A DNA stretch of 64,000 bases from an uncultured Fibrobacterota bacterium (GCA_963753345.1 CAVWBU010000027.1:32001-96000); one strand, 5' to 3'; positions 1 through 9,489 are shown, numbered from the stretch's first letter. Program-made: numbers and translations. The notes: generated by a model from the letters alone, not told the origin.

Positions 1-8
1 CAAACCGC

Positions 9-707
9 TCAGAAAAATGCCGTGATTTCGAATCCAACTACGCACAGCGCCCCCAGCACGACGCCCAGGATTTCGCCGTTGCGCGATCCATTGTTGACAC
101 TATGAAAGTTGCCGTCGTTGCACTCCGCCACCGCCCACACAAATCCGCCGATCGCGCCTGCGCCGAATGTGAGCCGCAGGAGTGCCTTGTTGTCAAGCAA
201 GTTCTTCTTCGGCAGCGTCTTGTTGAGCACCACGGTCTCGCCTTTGGGCACCACGATGTCTTCGACCACCTTGTCGTAGGCCTTGCCCTGCTGTTTGATC
301 TCAAGCCTGTATTTGCCGGGAATGATGAAGTCGTTTGACAACGGCGTCTTGCCGAGGTTGGTGAGGACATACACGTCGGCGCCCTGAGGGTCGGAATTAA
401 CCTTGAGCGAGCCGTAGCGTGATTTGACGGTCTTTTCGACAAGGGTATTCTCGCCGGCCTGAATGAACACCTCCTCAACCGTGCTCGTGTGTTGCGCCGG
501 GTCCACGAGCTTGAGCGAATACCTGCCCGCCTTGAGCTTCTTGTCGAGCACGGGGGAGTCGCCGACGTATTTGTCGTCGAGCCACACCTCGATGCCGTCC
601 GGGTCGGTCTTCACCGTGAGCGTGCCGTCGGCATCCGCGAACGCGGCGGTTCTGAAACAAACGCAGACCGAAGCGGCGAAGATAACCGTCAATGTGCGTA
701 GGGTCAT
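9..707 (-). CDS. PEGA domain-containing exported/membrane protein (two PEGA repeats)
   Basis: Signal peptide, two PEGA-like repeats (LTVKTDPDGIEVWLDDKYVGDSP...GRYSLKL; LKVNSDPQGADVY...LGKTP...PGKYRLEI), hydrophobic C-terminal segments. Confidence 0.85.
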   Translation of the reverse strand: MTLRTLTVIFAASVCVCFRTAAFADADGTLTVKTDPDGIEVWLDDKYVGDSPVLDKKLKAGRYSLKLVDPAQHTSTVEEVFIQAGENTLVEKTVKSRYGSLKVNSDPQGADVYVLTNLGKTPLSNDFIIPGKYRLEIKQQGKAYDKVVEDIVVPKGETVVLNKTLPKKNLLDNKALLRLTFGAGAIGGFVWAVAECNDGNFHSVNNGSRNGEILGVVLGALCVVGFEITAFF

Positions 708-973
708 AGGATCTCCTGCGGGAGTCCGTCGTGAGAATACACCGTGTTTTCCCAGGAAAACCTTTTCAGGGGAAAGGGCACGGGTTTATTTTACTATGTA
801 CCGGACGGTCCGCCCTAATCTTCAGGCCCGATCCGGAAAAAAGCCATCGTCTGACAAGCGCGAATTTTCAAGGCGCATCCGTTTAAAATACAATACGTTG
901 CCGGTCAAAACAAAAGCAAACGTTCGCTCGTCTGCGCCGGCAGTCCGGACAATCTCACCGAAAAGAGGACACC

Positions 974-2326
974 GTGTTGGGAAACAGCAAGGTCATCTGG
1001 AAGGAAGGGATGTTCCTTCAGCCGCACCATTTCCAGCAGTCGGAGCGCCACCTGCTCAATGCGGTCCGCGCGGCGCAGCTCGCGCATTCGCCGCACTGGT
1101 ATGGCGTCACGGCGCTAGAAATCGACAAAGACGCGATCGCCAACGGCCTTTTCTCGGTGACGCGGTGCACCGGCATGCTCCCGGACGGCGTGACGTTTTC
1201 CGTGCCCGGGGAGGACCCGCCGCCTGCGGCGCGGTCGTTTGCCGACCACCTGAGCCACGACCAGCAGTCGCTCGACGTGTTTCTCGCGCTGCCGGTGCTC
1301 GCGGACGGCAAGGCCAACGTTGTTCCTGCCGCGGCGGAAGGAATGGCCGCGGCGCGGTTCCGCTCGCGTGCCGTTTCCGTCGCCGACGAGGTGCTGGGAA
1401 CGCAGCGCAAGGAGATCGACGTCGGTGCGTTCAATTTTGTGATCCTGTTCGGCGACGAATCGCTTGACAACCACGCAGCCTTCCAGGTCGGCAGGCTGGC
1501 GCGGAACAGGAGCGGCGGCGTGGAGCTTGCGGAGTCGTTCGTGCCGCCGCTGCTTTGCGTCGGCGCCTCGCCGTTTCTGCTGTCCCTCTTCCGCTCGCTC
1601 CTGGAGCTTCTTCTCGCAAAAATCAATTCGCTGTCCCAGGGAAGGAAACAGGTCGAGGGAGGGTTCGCGCAGTTCACGGGCGGGGAGGAGACGCAGTTTC
1701 GGCTCCTTACGACGCTCAACACGTTCACGCCGCTGCTTACGCATTACCATTCGTTTCCGAGCGTTCATCCGTTTGAGGCGTTCTGCCTCCTCACGCAGTT
1801 CGCCGGCGCGCTGTGCACCTTCTCGTCGGAGGTGTCGATTAAGAACCTGCCGCGCTACGATCACACGAATCTTTCCGGGACGTTTTCCAATCTTGTCAAG
1901 GTCATCCGCACCGTGCTCGAGGCCGACATCCAGGCCGGCTGCGTGCCCGTGCCCATAGAGCAGATCAACCAGGCCACGTTCCTGTGCAACATTCCCGACC
2001 AGAAACTGCTGTCGGTCGCAAAGTTCTTTCTCGGCGTTTCGGCAAAGGTGCAGGACAAGGAGCTGGTGGTGGGAGCGCTGCAGCGGATCAAGATGTGCTC
2101 CCGGAACCGGCTCGATCTGCTTATTTCGTCGGCAATGCCGGGCCTTCCGCTCAAGCACGTCATGCACCCGCCGCAGGGGCTTTCCACCAAGCCGGGGTTC
2201 GTGTATTTCGCGCTCGAACAGCAGGGAGATTTCTGGAACCAGATCAAGGCCGCGGGAAACATAGCGTTTTATTTTCCGAACAGCTATCCTGAATTAAAAA
2301 TGGAAATGCTGGCGTTAAAAGAATAG
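974..2326 (+). CDS. tssK: Type VI secretion baseplate subunit TssK (ImpJ/VasE)
   Basis: N-terminal KVIWKEGMFLQPHHFQQ signature, 450 aa, C-terminal AMPGLPL...YFALEQQGDFW; directly upstream of tssL/tssM. Confidence 0.95.
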   Translation: MLGNSKVIWKEGMFLQPHHFQQSERHLLNAVRAAQLAHSPHWYGVTALEIDKDAIANGLFSVTRCTGMLPDGVTFSVPGEDPPPAARSFADHLSHDQQSLDVFLALPVLADGKANVVPAAAEGMAAARFRSRAVSVADEVLGTQRKEIDVGAFNFVILFGDESLDNHAAFQVGRLARNRSGGVELAESFVPPLLCVGASPFLLSLFRSLLELLLAKINSLSQGRKQVEGGFAQFTGGEETQFRLLTTLNTFTPLLTHYHSFPSVHPFEAFCLLTQFAGALCTFSSEVSIKNLPRYDHTNLSGTFSNLVKVIRTVLEADIQAGCVPVPIEQINQATFLCNIPDQKLLSVAKFFLGVSAKVQDKELVVGALQRIKMCSRNRLDLLISSAMPGLPLKHVMHPPQGLSTKPGFVYFALEQQGDFWNQIKAAGNIAFYFPNSYPELKMEMLALKE

Positions 2327-2352
2327 GCTAAATAAAGAAGATATTTTTCTAA

Positions 2353-2454
2353 GGGGGGAGGTATCCCCCTCGCTACGGCCCGGCCGCGCCACTTTGCAAA
2401 CCAGTATCTCGGAGGCGCGTCCGGTCCTCCGCTACCCCCTCGTGGGTAGCCCCC
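2353..2454 (+). repeat. Conserved structured intergenic element X, copy 1 of 2
   Basis: Shares GGGGG, CCTCGCT(A/G)CGGCC and an identical GTCCTCCGCTACCCCCTC with 33218-33297. Confidence 0.75.
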
Positions 2455-2600
2455 TAGAGAGTTGATTTGCGAGAAAGAAACGTTAGCTGCGGGGGCACCG
2501 AGAAAAAGAGTTGAAAGTTGACGGTTGGCAGTTGACGGCGGGACTTGGAAGAAATTACCCGAGTTCATTTTGACAATTCAGGTTGGCGCAAAAATATAAC

Positions 2601-2760
2601 TTGACTGAAAAGATTTCCTCTGCCGCGCGTTAGGTGGACCGGAGGGTGAGCCAGGGCGAATTGCCGGCCGACCCGGCCGCAAGGCATTGGGCGGCCGGCA
2701 ACGAGGCGAATACCCGAGCCCGGAGGGAGACCGGCCGGAGCGTAGCGAGGGCAACGCCCA
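2601..2760 (-). repeat. Conserved structured element Y (candidate ncRNA/ssDNA motif, Flavo-1-like ends), copy 1 of 3
   Basis: Minus strand reads TGGGCGTT...CCACCTAACGCG with multiple hairpins, followed by TTCAGTCAA; homologous to 18019-18182 and 33441-33600. Confidence 0.85.
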
Positions 2761-2803
2761 GATTTTCGGACTATTTCAAGAAACTATTTCAAAGGACTTT
2801 GCC

Positions 2804-3551
2804 GTGCCGTCGTCATTCGTCCAAACCGTAACCTCCCAGACCATGAACCTGGACGTCACCAAGATGCTCGGCATCAAGCGCGACGTGACCGCGCTGTGCA
2901 CCGACCTGTTCCTCATCATCATTCGCATGCGTGAAGCGGAAGACCTGGGCGATCCGGCCGCGCTCCGCAAGCTCATCACCTATTACCTCTCCCTGTTCGA
3001 AAAGAACTGCAAGGCCATCGGCATGGACCCGGAGTCTGCGGCCGAGGCGAAATACGCCATTGTCGCGCTCGTGGACGAGACCGTGCTCAGCGTCCCGGGC
3101 GCGTGCAGAGACTACTGGATTTCGCGTCCCATGCAGCTCGACTACTTCGGCGACAACATTGCGGGACAGGAATTCTTCGAGAAGCTGCAGAAACTGCAGC
3201 TCACGGCCGAAAACAAGAAACACGTCCTCGAAGTGTATTTCCTGTGTCTGGCGCTCGGGTTCGAGGGCAAGTACAAGATGTTCAATCCCGCGGAGCGCAT
3301 CGCGATCATGGAAGACCTGGGCCGCAAAATCCGGAGAACCAGGATCAGGGTTTCCTCCGATTTGTCGCCGCACGGCAGGCGGCCGGAATCGTCCGCCGAG
3401 AAGAGGAGCAAGGCGTTTCTCTTCCCGCTGTGGCTTTCGGCTGCCGTCGCCGCCGCTGGCGGTGATTGTCTGCTGGGTCGTTTTGTTTTTTGTCAACAGC
3501 TCCGAGGCGAATGCCCTGCTTTCGTCCATCCAATCACTGGCGGCGCGGTAA
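2804..3551 (+). CDS. tssL: Type VI secretion membrane protein TssL (DotU family), frameshifted near 3455
   Basis: AKYAIVALVDETVL, W-x3-PMQLDYFGDNIAGQEFFEKL, LEVYFLCLALGFEGKY motifs; GTG start after AAAGGA; the TM helix continues in another frame (LAVIVCWVVLFFVNSS...) to a stop at 3551, just before tssM. Confidence 0.88.
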
Positions 3552-3557
3552 CAGACC

Positions 3558-6500
3558 ATGAAGAAACTTCCCGTCTGGATCATTGTCGTGTGGTGCGCGC
3601 TGGCGATATGCGGCGTGCTTGCGATGGTGATTGGCGCGCTTGTTAAGCTCCCCGCGCTCCTTCAATGGCTGCCCGGCGCACTGGTTCTCGCCGGTGATGC
3701 GATCTGGGTGACGCTGCGGCTCGCGCTCGGAAGGTCGAAGAAAAAACAGACAAATTTCTTTTCCGGAAGCCAGACGGTATTCGCACGGGTCGCCAGGGAA
3801 ACCAACGAGGCGGTCGACAGGTACCTCGGCGCTGTGGTGCGCAAGGGTCTGCTCGGCAAGAGCGCGCTGTACGAACGGCCGTGGTTCCTGTTGTGCGGCG
3901 GTGAGAAATCAGGGAAGACGTCGCTGCTGCGCGGTGCGGGGCTCAATTTCCGGCTCCGGTACCCTTCGGAAAAAGACGGCATGGTGCTCGACGGCCCGGG
4001 GCAGATCACGTGGCACTTTGCAAACGAGGCGGTGTGGATCGACACGCCGGGCGCTCTCATGTCCGACGAGGGAAAGGACACCTGGCAGGCGTTTGTCGCG
4101 TCGCTGTCGCATGTCCGTCCCGAACGGCCTGTGGACGGCGTGGCGCTCGTGGTGAGCGCGGCCGACGTCCTCAACGCCGACGACAGGATGATCAAGGAAA
4201 TGGCTTCCACGCTGCGGCGGAGAATCGACGAGCTCATCGCCGCGTGGACCATCGAATTTCCGGTGTATCTCGTTTTCAACCACGCCGACGGGATTCCCGG
4301 CTTCGCCGAATACTTCGGAGACCAGCTCACCCGGGCGCAGGAGCAGATCTTCGGCGCGACACTGTCGGCCGACCTTGACAAAATGCTTCCGCGGATCGCG
4401 TTTGCGCAGGAATTCTCCCTTCTTTGCAGGTCGCTCACCGATCTGCGCGTCGACAAGCTGTACAAGGAGAAGGACGAAGCCCGGCGCCGAATGATATGCC
4501 GGTTCGTCATCCACTTCGAAGGAATCCAGGAAAAACTCGGCGCCTTTGCCGCCGAGCTGTTCAAACCGAGCAGCTACGAAGGCAGGCCGCTTTTCCGGGG
4601 GTTCTATTTTACCAGTTGCATCGAGATTGCTTCGGGCGAATCGCGGGACGAGACCGCCCGCCAGCCCGATGTCGGCCAGACCATTGCAAGCCACCCGCTC
4701 AATCCGCGCAGGATGCTCTCGCCGGAAGCGTTGCAGCCGAAGGCCGCAGCCACGTCCGAAGTGAAATCGCTGTTCGTGCTGCCCCTGTTCCGCGAGCTCA
4801 TGGTGCGCGGAAAGGAACTCGTGACGGCCACGCAGAAGCGCACGCGCCGTCAATTTCTCCGGCACTACCTTATCACCGCGGGCATCGCGGCAGCTGCGTG
4901 CCTCATTGTCGGTCTCATGGTTTCGGGACTCTTCACCTCGCGCGAGCTGCTCGAATCGGTCCAGGCCGACCTTTCGGCCGCGCCGCCGTCCGCTGAAGGC
5001 GGCCCTCTTGGGCAGTTTGCCTCGCTTGACGCCGAGGGAAAGGCGGTGGCGCGGCTCCAGGGATACGAGGACCGGGGCGCGCCCGTGCTTGCGTGGGCGT
5101 TCGGGTTCTACCGCGGCCGCGAGGCGCTGGACCGGCTCAGGGTCGCGTATTTCGCAAAAATCAACAGTCTGATTGTCTCCCCGGCCGTCAAGTATCTCGA
5201 ATACCAGCTGTGGGACAAGGTGCAGGGATACGGCGAGCTTGCCGGGCCGGATTACGACAACCTGTACAGCGCGCTCAAGGCATACCTTTCCATATCGGAA
5301 ACCATGACCGGCCGCCCGAAGGACATCGACACCGTGTTTCTGCGCCCGGTGTTGCTCGACGCGATACAAAAGTCGCTCATGAGCGTCCAGAACGGCGCTG
5401 CGCGGCTGCCCGAACAGGTCGAAAAGATCCTCAGCGAAAACATGGGCGTGTACCTGCTGTTCCTCAAACGCCAGGCCATCCCGCCCATCCAGGAAAACCA
5501 GCGTCTGGTGACGCTCGCGCGCACGAAGCTGCGCCGCCTGCCGAGCGCGCAAGCGCTGTACGAGTCGGTGATCAACCGGGTGAGCCAGGACGCGCCGTCC
5601 ATTTCGCTCGACCAGATCCTGGCCCGCAAAGAGGAGGGCATCCTCAAGGCCGGCCGCGCCATCAGCGTCCTTTACACGCAGGAAGGCTGGGACAAGTTCG
5701 TGGCCGACGCCGTGGCCAGGGCCGCGGCCGACCCCTTCAAACTCGACTGGGTGATAGGCCTTTCTGCCGACCAGGTCCCCGGCGAGACGCTTGACAAGAA
5801 GAAACTATACGCAGACATGGTCGCCGCGTATCTCGCCGATTTCACCTCCCAGTGGCTCGGGTTCATCGCTTCCGTCAAGATCGATCCGTTCGGCGACCTG
5901 GGCAGGACCCAGCGCATTCTGCTCAAGCTCACCGCGGAGAAATCGGAGCTGGCCGTGCTGCTGGCCACGGTGGCCGACTACACCGTGCTCAAGAAGGAGA
6001 GCGTGGCCGACAAGGCCGGCGGCGCCGTTCTTGATGCAGCGTCAAAAGTCCCGGGCGGGCAGGCCCTGGCCGCAACTGCGGCCAAGGCGCAGAACGAGGC
6101 GAACAAGGCCGAAGGCGCGCTTGCGTTCTCCCTGGGGCAGAAGTCGCCGTTCGATGACCTTAACGCCACGTTCGATCCGCTGCGGTCGTTCGCGCGTTCC
6201 ACCGGAGGCGCGCTGAGCGGATACGAAGGCTACCGCGACAAGATACAGACGCTCGCGTCGAAAATCGCGGCGCTTGAAACGCAGGGCGAGGACAACGCGC
6301 CCGCCGTGTTCACCGGCAGGGACGACGATCCGCTCCTTTGCTGCTGGAAGTTCTCGCAGGCCGCGCTCGCCAATATGCCCGACAACCTCGCTTCGTCGCT
6401 CAAGGGCGTTCTCATGCAGCCGGTGGACAATGCCGCGGCGGCGGCCGCGTCCGTGCTCACGCGCGCGCTCACGGCGCGCTGGCATTCCGAAATTGTAAAG

Positions 6501-7187
6501 CCGTTCACGGCCAAGTTCTCCGGGAAATACCCGTTTTCGCCGAGGGGCGAGGACGCCGCGTTCGCCGACGTCATGGATTTCTTCCGTCCGCAGACCGGTA
6601 CATTCTGGGGGTTCTACGATCGCGTTCTCACGCCGTATCTCGTTAAAACGGCCTCGGGGTGGATGGTGAAACCCGTCGGGAGCCTCGCGCTCAATTTCAA
6701 CCCGCAGCTCGCTTCGTCGCTGGTGAGCGCGGAGCGCGTGCGCGACATTTTCTTCAAGCCGGACGGCACGGTGAGGCCTTTGTCAATCACCATGACGCCG
6801 TCCGCGTCCAACAAGAACAGCGCGAAACTCGAGGTGAACGGCCAGACGTTCGACCTCGCGCCCGGCGGACGGCCGGTCACGGTGACCTGGCCCAACGACG
6901 CAACGCCCCCCGGCGCCGCGCTCAAGATAAGCGTGAGCTCCGACTTCACCCAGGACATCTCCTTTGGCGGCCAATGGGGGTTTCTCAGACTCATGCAGGT
7001 CGCGCATGTCAACAAACTCAACGCCTCGACGCTCAACGCCCGCTGGCAGTCGAACGTTCAGAACATGTATATGGTGGTTATGGAATACCGGGTGCAGGTG
7101 TCGGGGACCGACCACCCGTTCGGCGACCCGGTCTTTTCGGAGTTCAATTGCCCGACGGAATTGTTTGTTGGAGAGGGGAAAAAGTAG
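3558..7187 (+). CDS. tssM: Type VI secretion membrane subunit TssM (IcmF)
   Basis: N-terminal TMs, LYERPWFLLCG-GEKSGKTS Walker A, AVWIDTPG, FRGFYFTS, C-terminal GQWGFLRL; 1209 aa. Confidence 0.95.
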   Translation: MKKLPVWIIVVWCALAICGVLAMVIGALVKLPALLQWLPGALVLAGDAIWVTLRLALGRSKKKQTNFFSGSQTVFARVARETNEAVDRYLGAVVRKGLLGKSALYERPWFLLCGGEKSGKTSLLRGAGLNFRLRYPSEKDGMVLDGPGQITWHFANEAVWIDTPGALMSDEGKDTWQAFVASLSHVRPERPVDGVALVVSAADVLNADDRMIKEMASTLRRRIDELIAAWTIEFPVYLVFNHADGIPGFAEYFGDQLTRAQEQIFGATLSADLDKMLPRIAFAQEFSLLCRSLTDLRVDKLYKEKDEARRRMICRFVIHFEGIQEKLGAFAAELFKPSSYEGRPLFRGFYFTSCIEIASGESRDETARQPDVGQTIASHPLNPRRMLSPEALQPKAAATSEVKSLFVLPLFRELMVRGKELVTATQKRTRRQFLRHYLITAGIAAAACLIVGLMVSGLFTSRELLESVQADLSAAPPSAEGGPLGQFASLDAEGKAVARLQGYEDRGAPVLAWAFGFYRGREALDRLRVAYFAKINSLIVSPAVKYLEYQLWDKVQGYGELAGPDYDNLYSALKAYLSISETMTGRPKDIDTVFLRPVLLDAIQKSLMSVQNGAARLPEQVEKILSENMGVYLLFLKRQAIPPIQENQRLVTLARTKLRRLPSAQALYESVINRVSQDAPSISLDQILARKEEGILKAGRAISVLYTQEGWDKFVADAVARAAADPFKLDWVIGLSADQVPGETLDKKKLYADMVAAYLADFTSQWLGFIASVKIDPFGDLGRTQRILLKLTAEKSELAVLLATVADYTVLKKESVADKAGGAVLDAASKVPGGQALAATAAKAQNEANKAEGALAFSLGQKSPFDDLNATFDPLRSFARSTGGALSGYEGYRDKIQTLASKIAALETQGEDNAPAVFTGRDDDPLLCCWKFSQAALANMPDNLASSLKGVLMQPVDNAAAAAASVLTRALTARWHSEIVKPFTAKFSGKYPFSPRGEDAAFADVMDFFRPQTGTFWGFYDRVLTPYLVKTASGWMVKPVGSLALNFNPQLASSLVSAERVRDIFFKPDGTVRPLSITMTPSASNKNSAKLEVNGQTFDLAPGGRPVTVTWPNDATPPGAALKISVSSDFTQDISFGGQWGFLRLMQVAHVNKLNASTLNARWQSNVQNMYMVVMEYRVQVSGTDHPFGDPVFSEFNCPTELFVGEGKK

Positions 7188-7369
7188 ACGGGTTTTTCTC
7201 CCGATTTTCTTTACGAAATCGGCGAAACTCTTGCGCGCTCCTCGTCGGCGGCTTGACAGTATCCCGCTTGCGGCCCCGCAACGATGATGGTGGAAATTCA
7301 TACGCCGCGATCCCGGTAGCCCGCCCAAACGCCAGATCCTCTCCAAGGAAATATTCTTGAAGCAAAGTC

Positions 7370-8059
7370 TTGACAAAGGCCCGTCAATATGGTTTATTAT
7401 GCTTGTATGACCCTTGGGGCGCACGGAAAGCCCTTGACATATCAGGGACGGATGCGGCTGGAAACGTGGTGATCGGCACCACAGGGTTTGTACTTGACAC
7501 GAGCGGATATGGTGCGACTGGGACAAACACGCTGGTGTACAGGCACAAGCCGGGGACACAGTATCCAGTGACGTGTTTGGTGGCGCCACAGACAAATCTG
7601 GAATGGAGGGATTATACGTTTACGGATACAATAATCAAGCCCTCCGGTTCGGTTTATGACAGTGTGGATTTATACGTGCCCTTCTACTACACGGACAGTA
7701 GCCATTCATATGAATTGGGGTTCACGCAGAACGGCGTCGTTCTGAACGGGGGCGGGTTTAAGGATTCGCTGTTGCTGCCAGGCGCAAAGATCAGTGGCGG
7801 CGACACGTTATCCTTTGCGATAACGGCGACAACCAATCCGGTTGGAGATGTGCCGGATAAAGATGTGCTGATAGTCCTAAATTGCAACAAAAATGGAGCG
7901 AGCATTCTTAATAATGCTCAGTATTCTGATGATTCGCCAAGCAGAGTGCTAAGTGGCTATCCCTGTTTCAAAGTTGATTTTAGCAACATCGTCAATTTGA
8001 ACAATCGTAGCATGTTGCCGTTAAGATTCAAAGTTGCCAAAGTGCAAAAGGTAAATTAG
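7370..8059 (+). CDS. Hypothetical beta-rich protein, start uncertain (possibly a gene remnant)
   Basis: 229-aa ORF, AT-richer than neighbours, Thr/Gly/Ser-rich, no clear RBS or signal peptide. Confidence 0.5.
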   Translation: MTKARQYGLLCLYDPWGARKALDISGTDAAGNVVIGTTGFVLDTSGYGATGTNTLVYRHKPGTQYPVTCLVAPQTNLEWRDYTFTDTIIKPSGSVYDSVDLYVPFYYTDSSHSYELGFTQNGVVLNGGGFKDSLLLPGAKISGGDTLSFAITATTNPVGDVPDKDVLIVLNCNKNGASILNNAQYSDDSPSRVLSGYPCFKVDFSNIVNLNNRSMLPLRFKVAKVQKVN

Positions 8060-8084
8060 CATGCATATCTGTTCGGGGGTGCAA

Positions 8085-9093
8085 ATGAAGAGGATACTCA
8101 CATTATTTCTTCTATTTCTCAACCTTAGAGCTTATCCGTAAATAATGATTTGGGCTGCAACCGGCTGCAAAAACCGCCTGCTTTGTCAGGCTGCATCGGC
8201 GTATCGCCATGTGATACGCCTGCTTCGCCTTTCGCGCATGCGGCTTTTTCGCTCGGTTTCGCCATCAAACCTTATTCACGGATAAGCTCTTAGTGTCTAT
8301 GGTTCTCAAGAAGGAGGATTAATTTTCTCTGGAATTGATACTATAAACACGAGGAATCAAGTTGGATTTGATTTTGTTATCCAGAAAAGTTGTACCGTAG
8401 GCATTATTAGCGCACCTTATACTTGTGTAAACCACTTTCTCTTCACATTCAACGCAAATAAATATGATTTGGCTCCGGACGCGCAAGAGGGGCCTGCATA
8501 TTGTATAACCGTGGGGAAAACTAATCTTGATTCGATCAAAACCGCCCCGTCAGACAGTCTTTTTTCAAGTCAACCGATTGCGCACGGAGACAACATTCCC
8601 GTATACTCCCTCTCCTCCCGCATCGGCAACGTCTACCTCCTCAAGACCTCCACCGACCCGCGGCCGGCTATGGGGCACACGCGTTTTATGCCAAAGATCA
8701 GGATTCTCAAATTCATAGTCGTTGATAGCGCAAGTCATAGCATTAAAATGGTGTTTCTGTGGGCATCCAATGAGCGGTACCGGAGATCTTACCACCTCCG
8801 GCCTCGACACCTTCCATCTCGACACGGTTCCCACGGCTATCCGGGAGAACAGTCTCGCGGTATCACGCCATTCCCGGTTTGCAGGCAGCGGGCAGGTTTT
8901 CAAAGTTGTTGGGGATGTGTTTACCGTTCCCAAAGAGCTTGTCGGCCCAGGCGCATCCGTTACCGTGTTCGATTTGAGCGGGAGAAGGCTGGGAACCGTG
9001 AGGATTGGACAGGAGAGGAGCGTTGATTTGAGAGGATACGGGATACGCAACGGGGTGAGGGTGGTGAGGGTGGAGAATTTTGTTCTGAAATAA
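8085..9093 (+). pseudogene. Secreted protein with T9SS-like C-terminal domain, interrupted by a MITE and a frameshift (~8770)
   Basis: Removing 8128-8292 restores an open frame MKRILTLFLLFLNLSVYGSQEGG... that joins the 8469 ORF; C-terminus VTVFDLSGRRLGTV lies in the 8722 frame. Confidence 0.8.
8128..8289. mobile_element. 162-bp MITE with 18-bp terminal inverted repeats and TTA target duplication (IS5/PIF-Harbinger-like)
   Basis: Left GAGCTTATCCGTAAATAA, right TTATTCACGGATAAGCTC (1 mismatch); TTA at 8125-8127 and 8290-8292; internal hairpin GGCGTATC...GATACGCC. Confidence 0.88.
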
Positions 9094-9489
9094 CCTCACC
9101 CCCGGCCTGCTTCGACTTCGCTCAGCACAGGCTCTCTCCGCCCGGAGAGGGGAGAATGGAAGCCGTGAAACATACTGTGACAAGCGGTGTGGTTGCACTG
9201 CAATACGTGGATGATTACAAGAAACGACAGTGCCGCGCTTTTTTGAATCCCACAGCGAGCGCATTCCTCGAAGCTTGCTTCGGGGCAAGCGAGCGACTAT
9301 AAGTATGTTCTTTTTCCATAGGGATGGAAGATTCCTCGCAGCTTGCTGCGGGGTTCTTCAAAGGCGCGGTCTAAGCGAAATCCGGTTCTCCAACGATGAA
9401 ATCACAAATAACATGCCGAAGGTACTTCAAAAAATGGGTGCCCGAAAATTCCCCTCTCCGGGCGGAGAGGGGATACAGGGGTGAGGTTA
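9091..9489. repeat. Inverted pair of REP-like palindromes enclosing IS200/IS605-end-like hairpins
   Basis: TAACCTCACCCC...CTCTCCGCCCGGAGAGGGGA (9091-9153) is inverted at 9450-9489; two ATTCCTCG(A/C)AGCTTGCT(T/G)CGGGG hairpins at 9263-9285 and 9331-9353. Confidence 0.75.

Noticed and set aside
2353-2454. Element X as an HDV-like ribozyme (CCTCGCT resemblance)
   Set aside because: I could not build the nested double pseudoknot by eye; a descriptor or covariance-model search would be needed
2625-2640. GTTAGGT in element Y as an integron attC core
   Set aside because: No upstream RYYYAAC inverse core with attC geometry, no cassette array and no integrase in the window
2687-2803. N-terminal extension of TssL from the ORF track
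   Set aside because: It lies within repeat element Y; a GTG at 2804 with an AAAGGA RBS is more plausible
2634-2831. Small ORFs starting MDRRV... (also 33474-33788 and the start of 17100-18149) as a repeated peptide family
   Set aside because: They are translations of element Y. The 18-kb copy has frame-breaking indels, and the variation tracks hairpin structure rather than codons.
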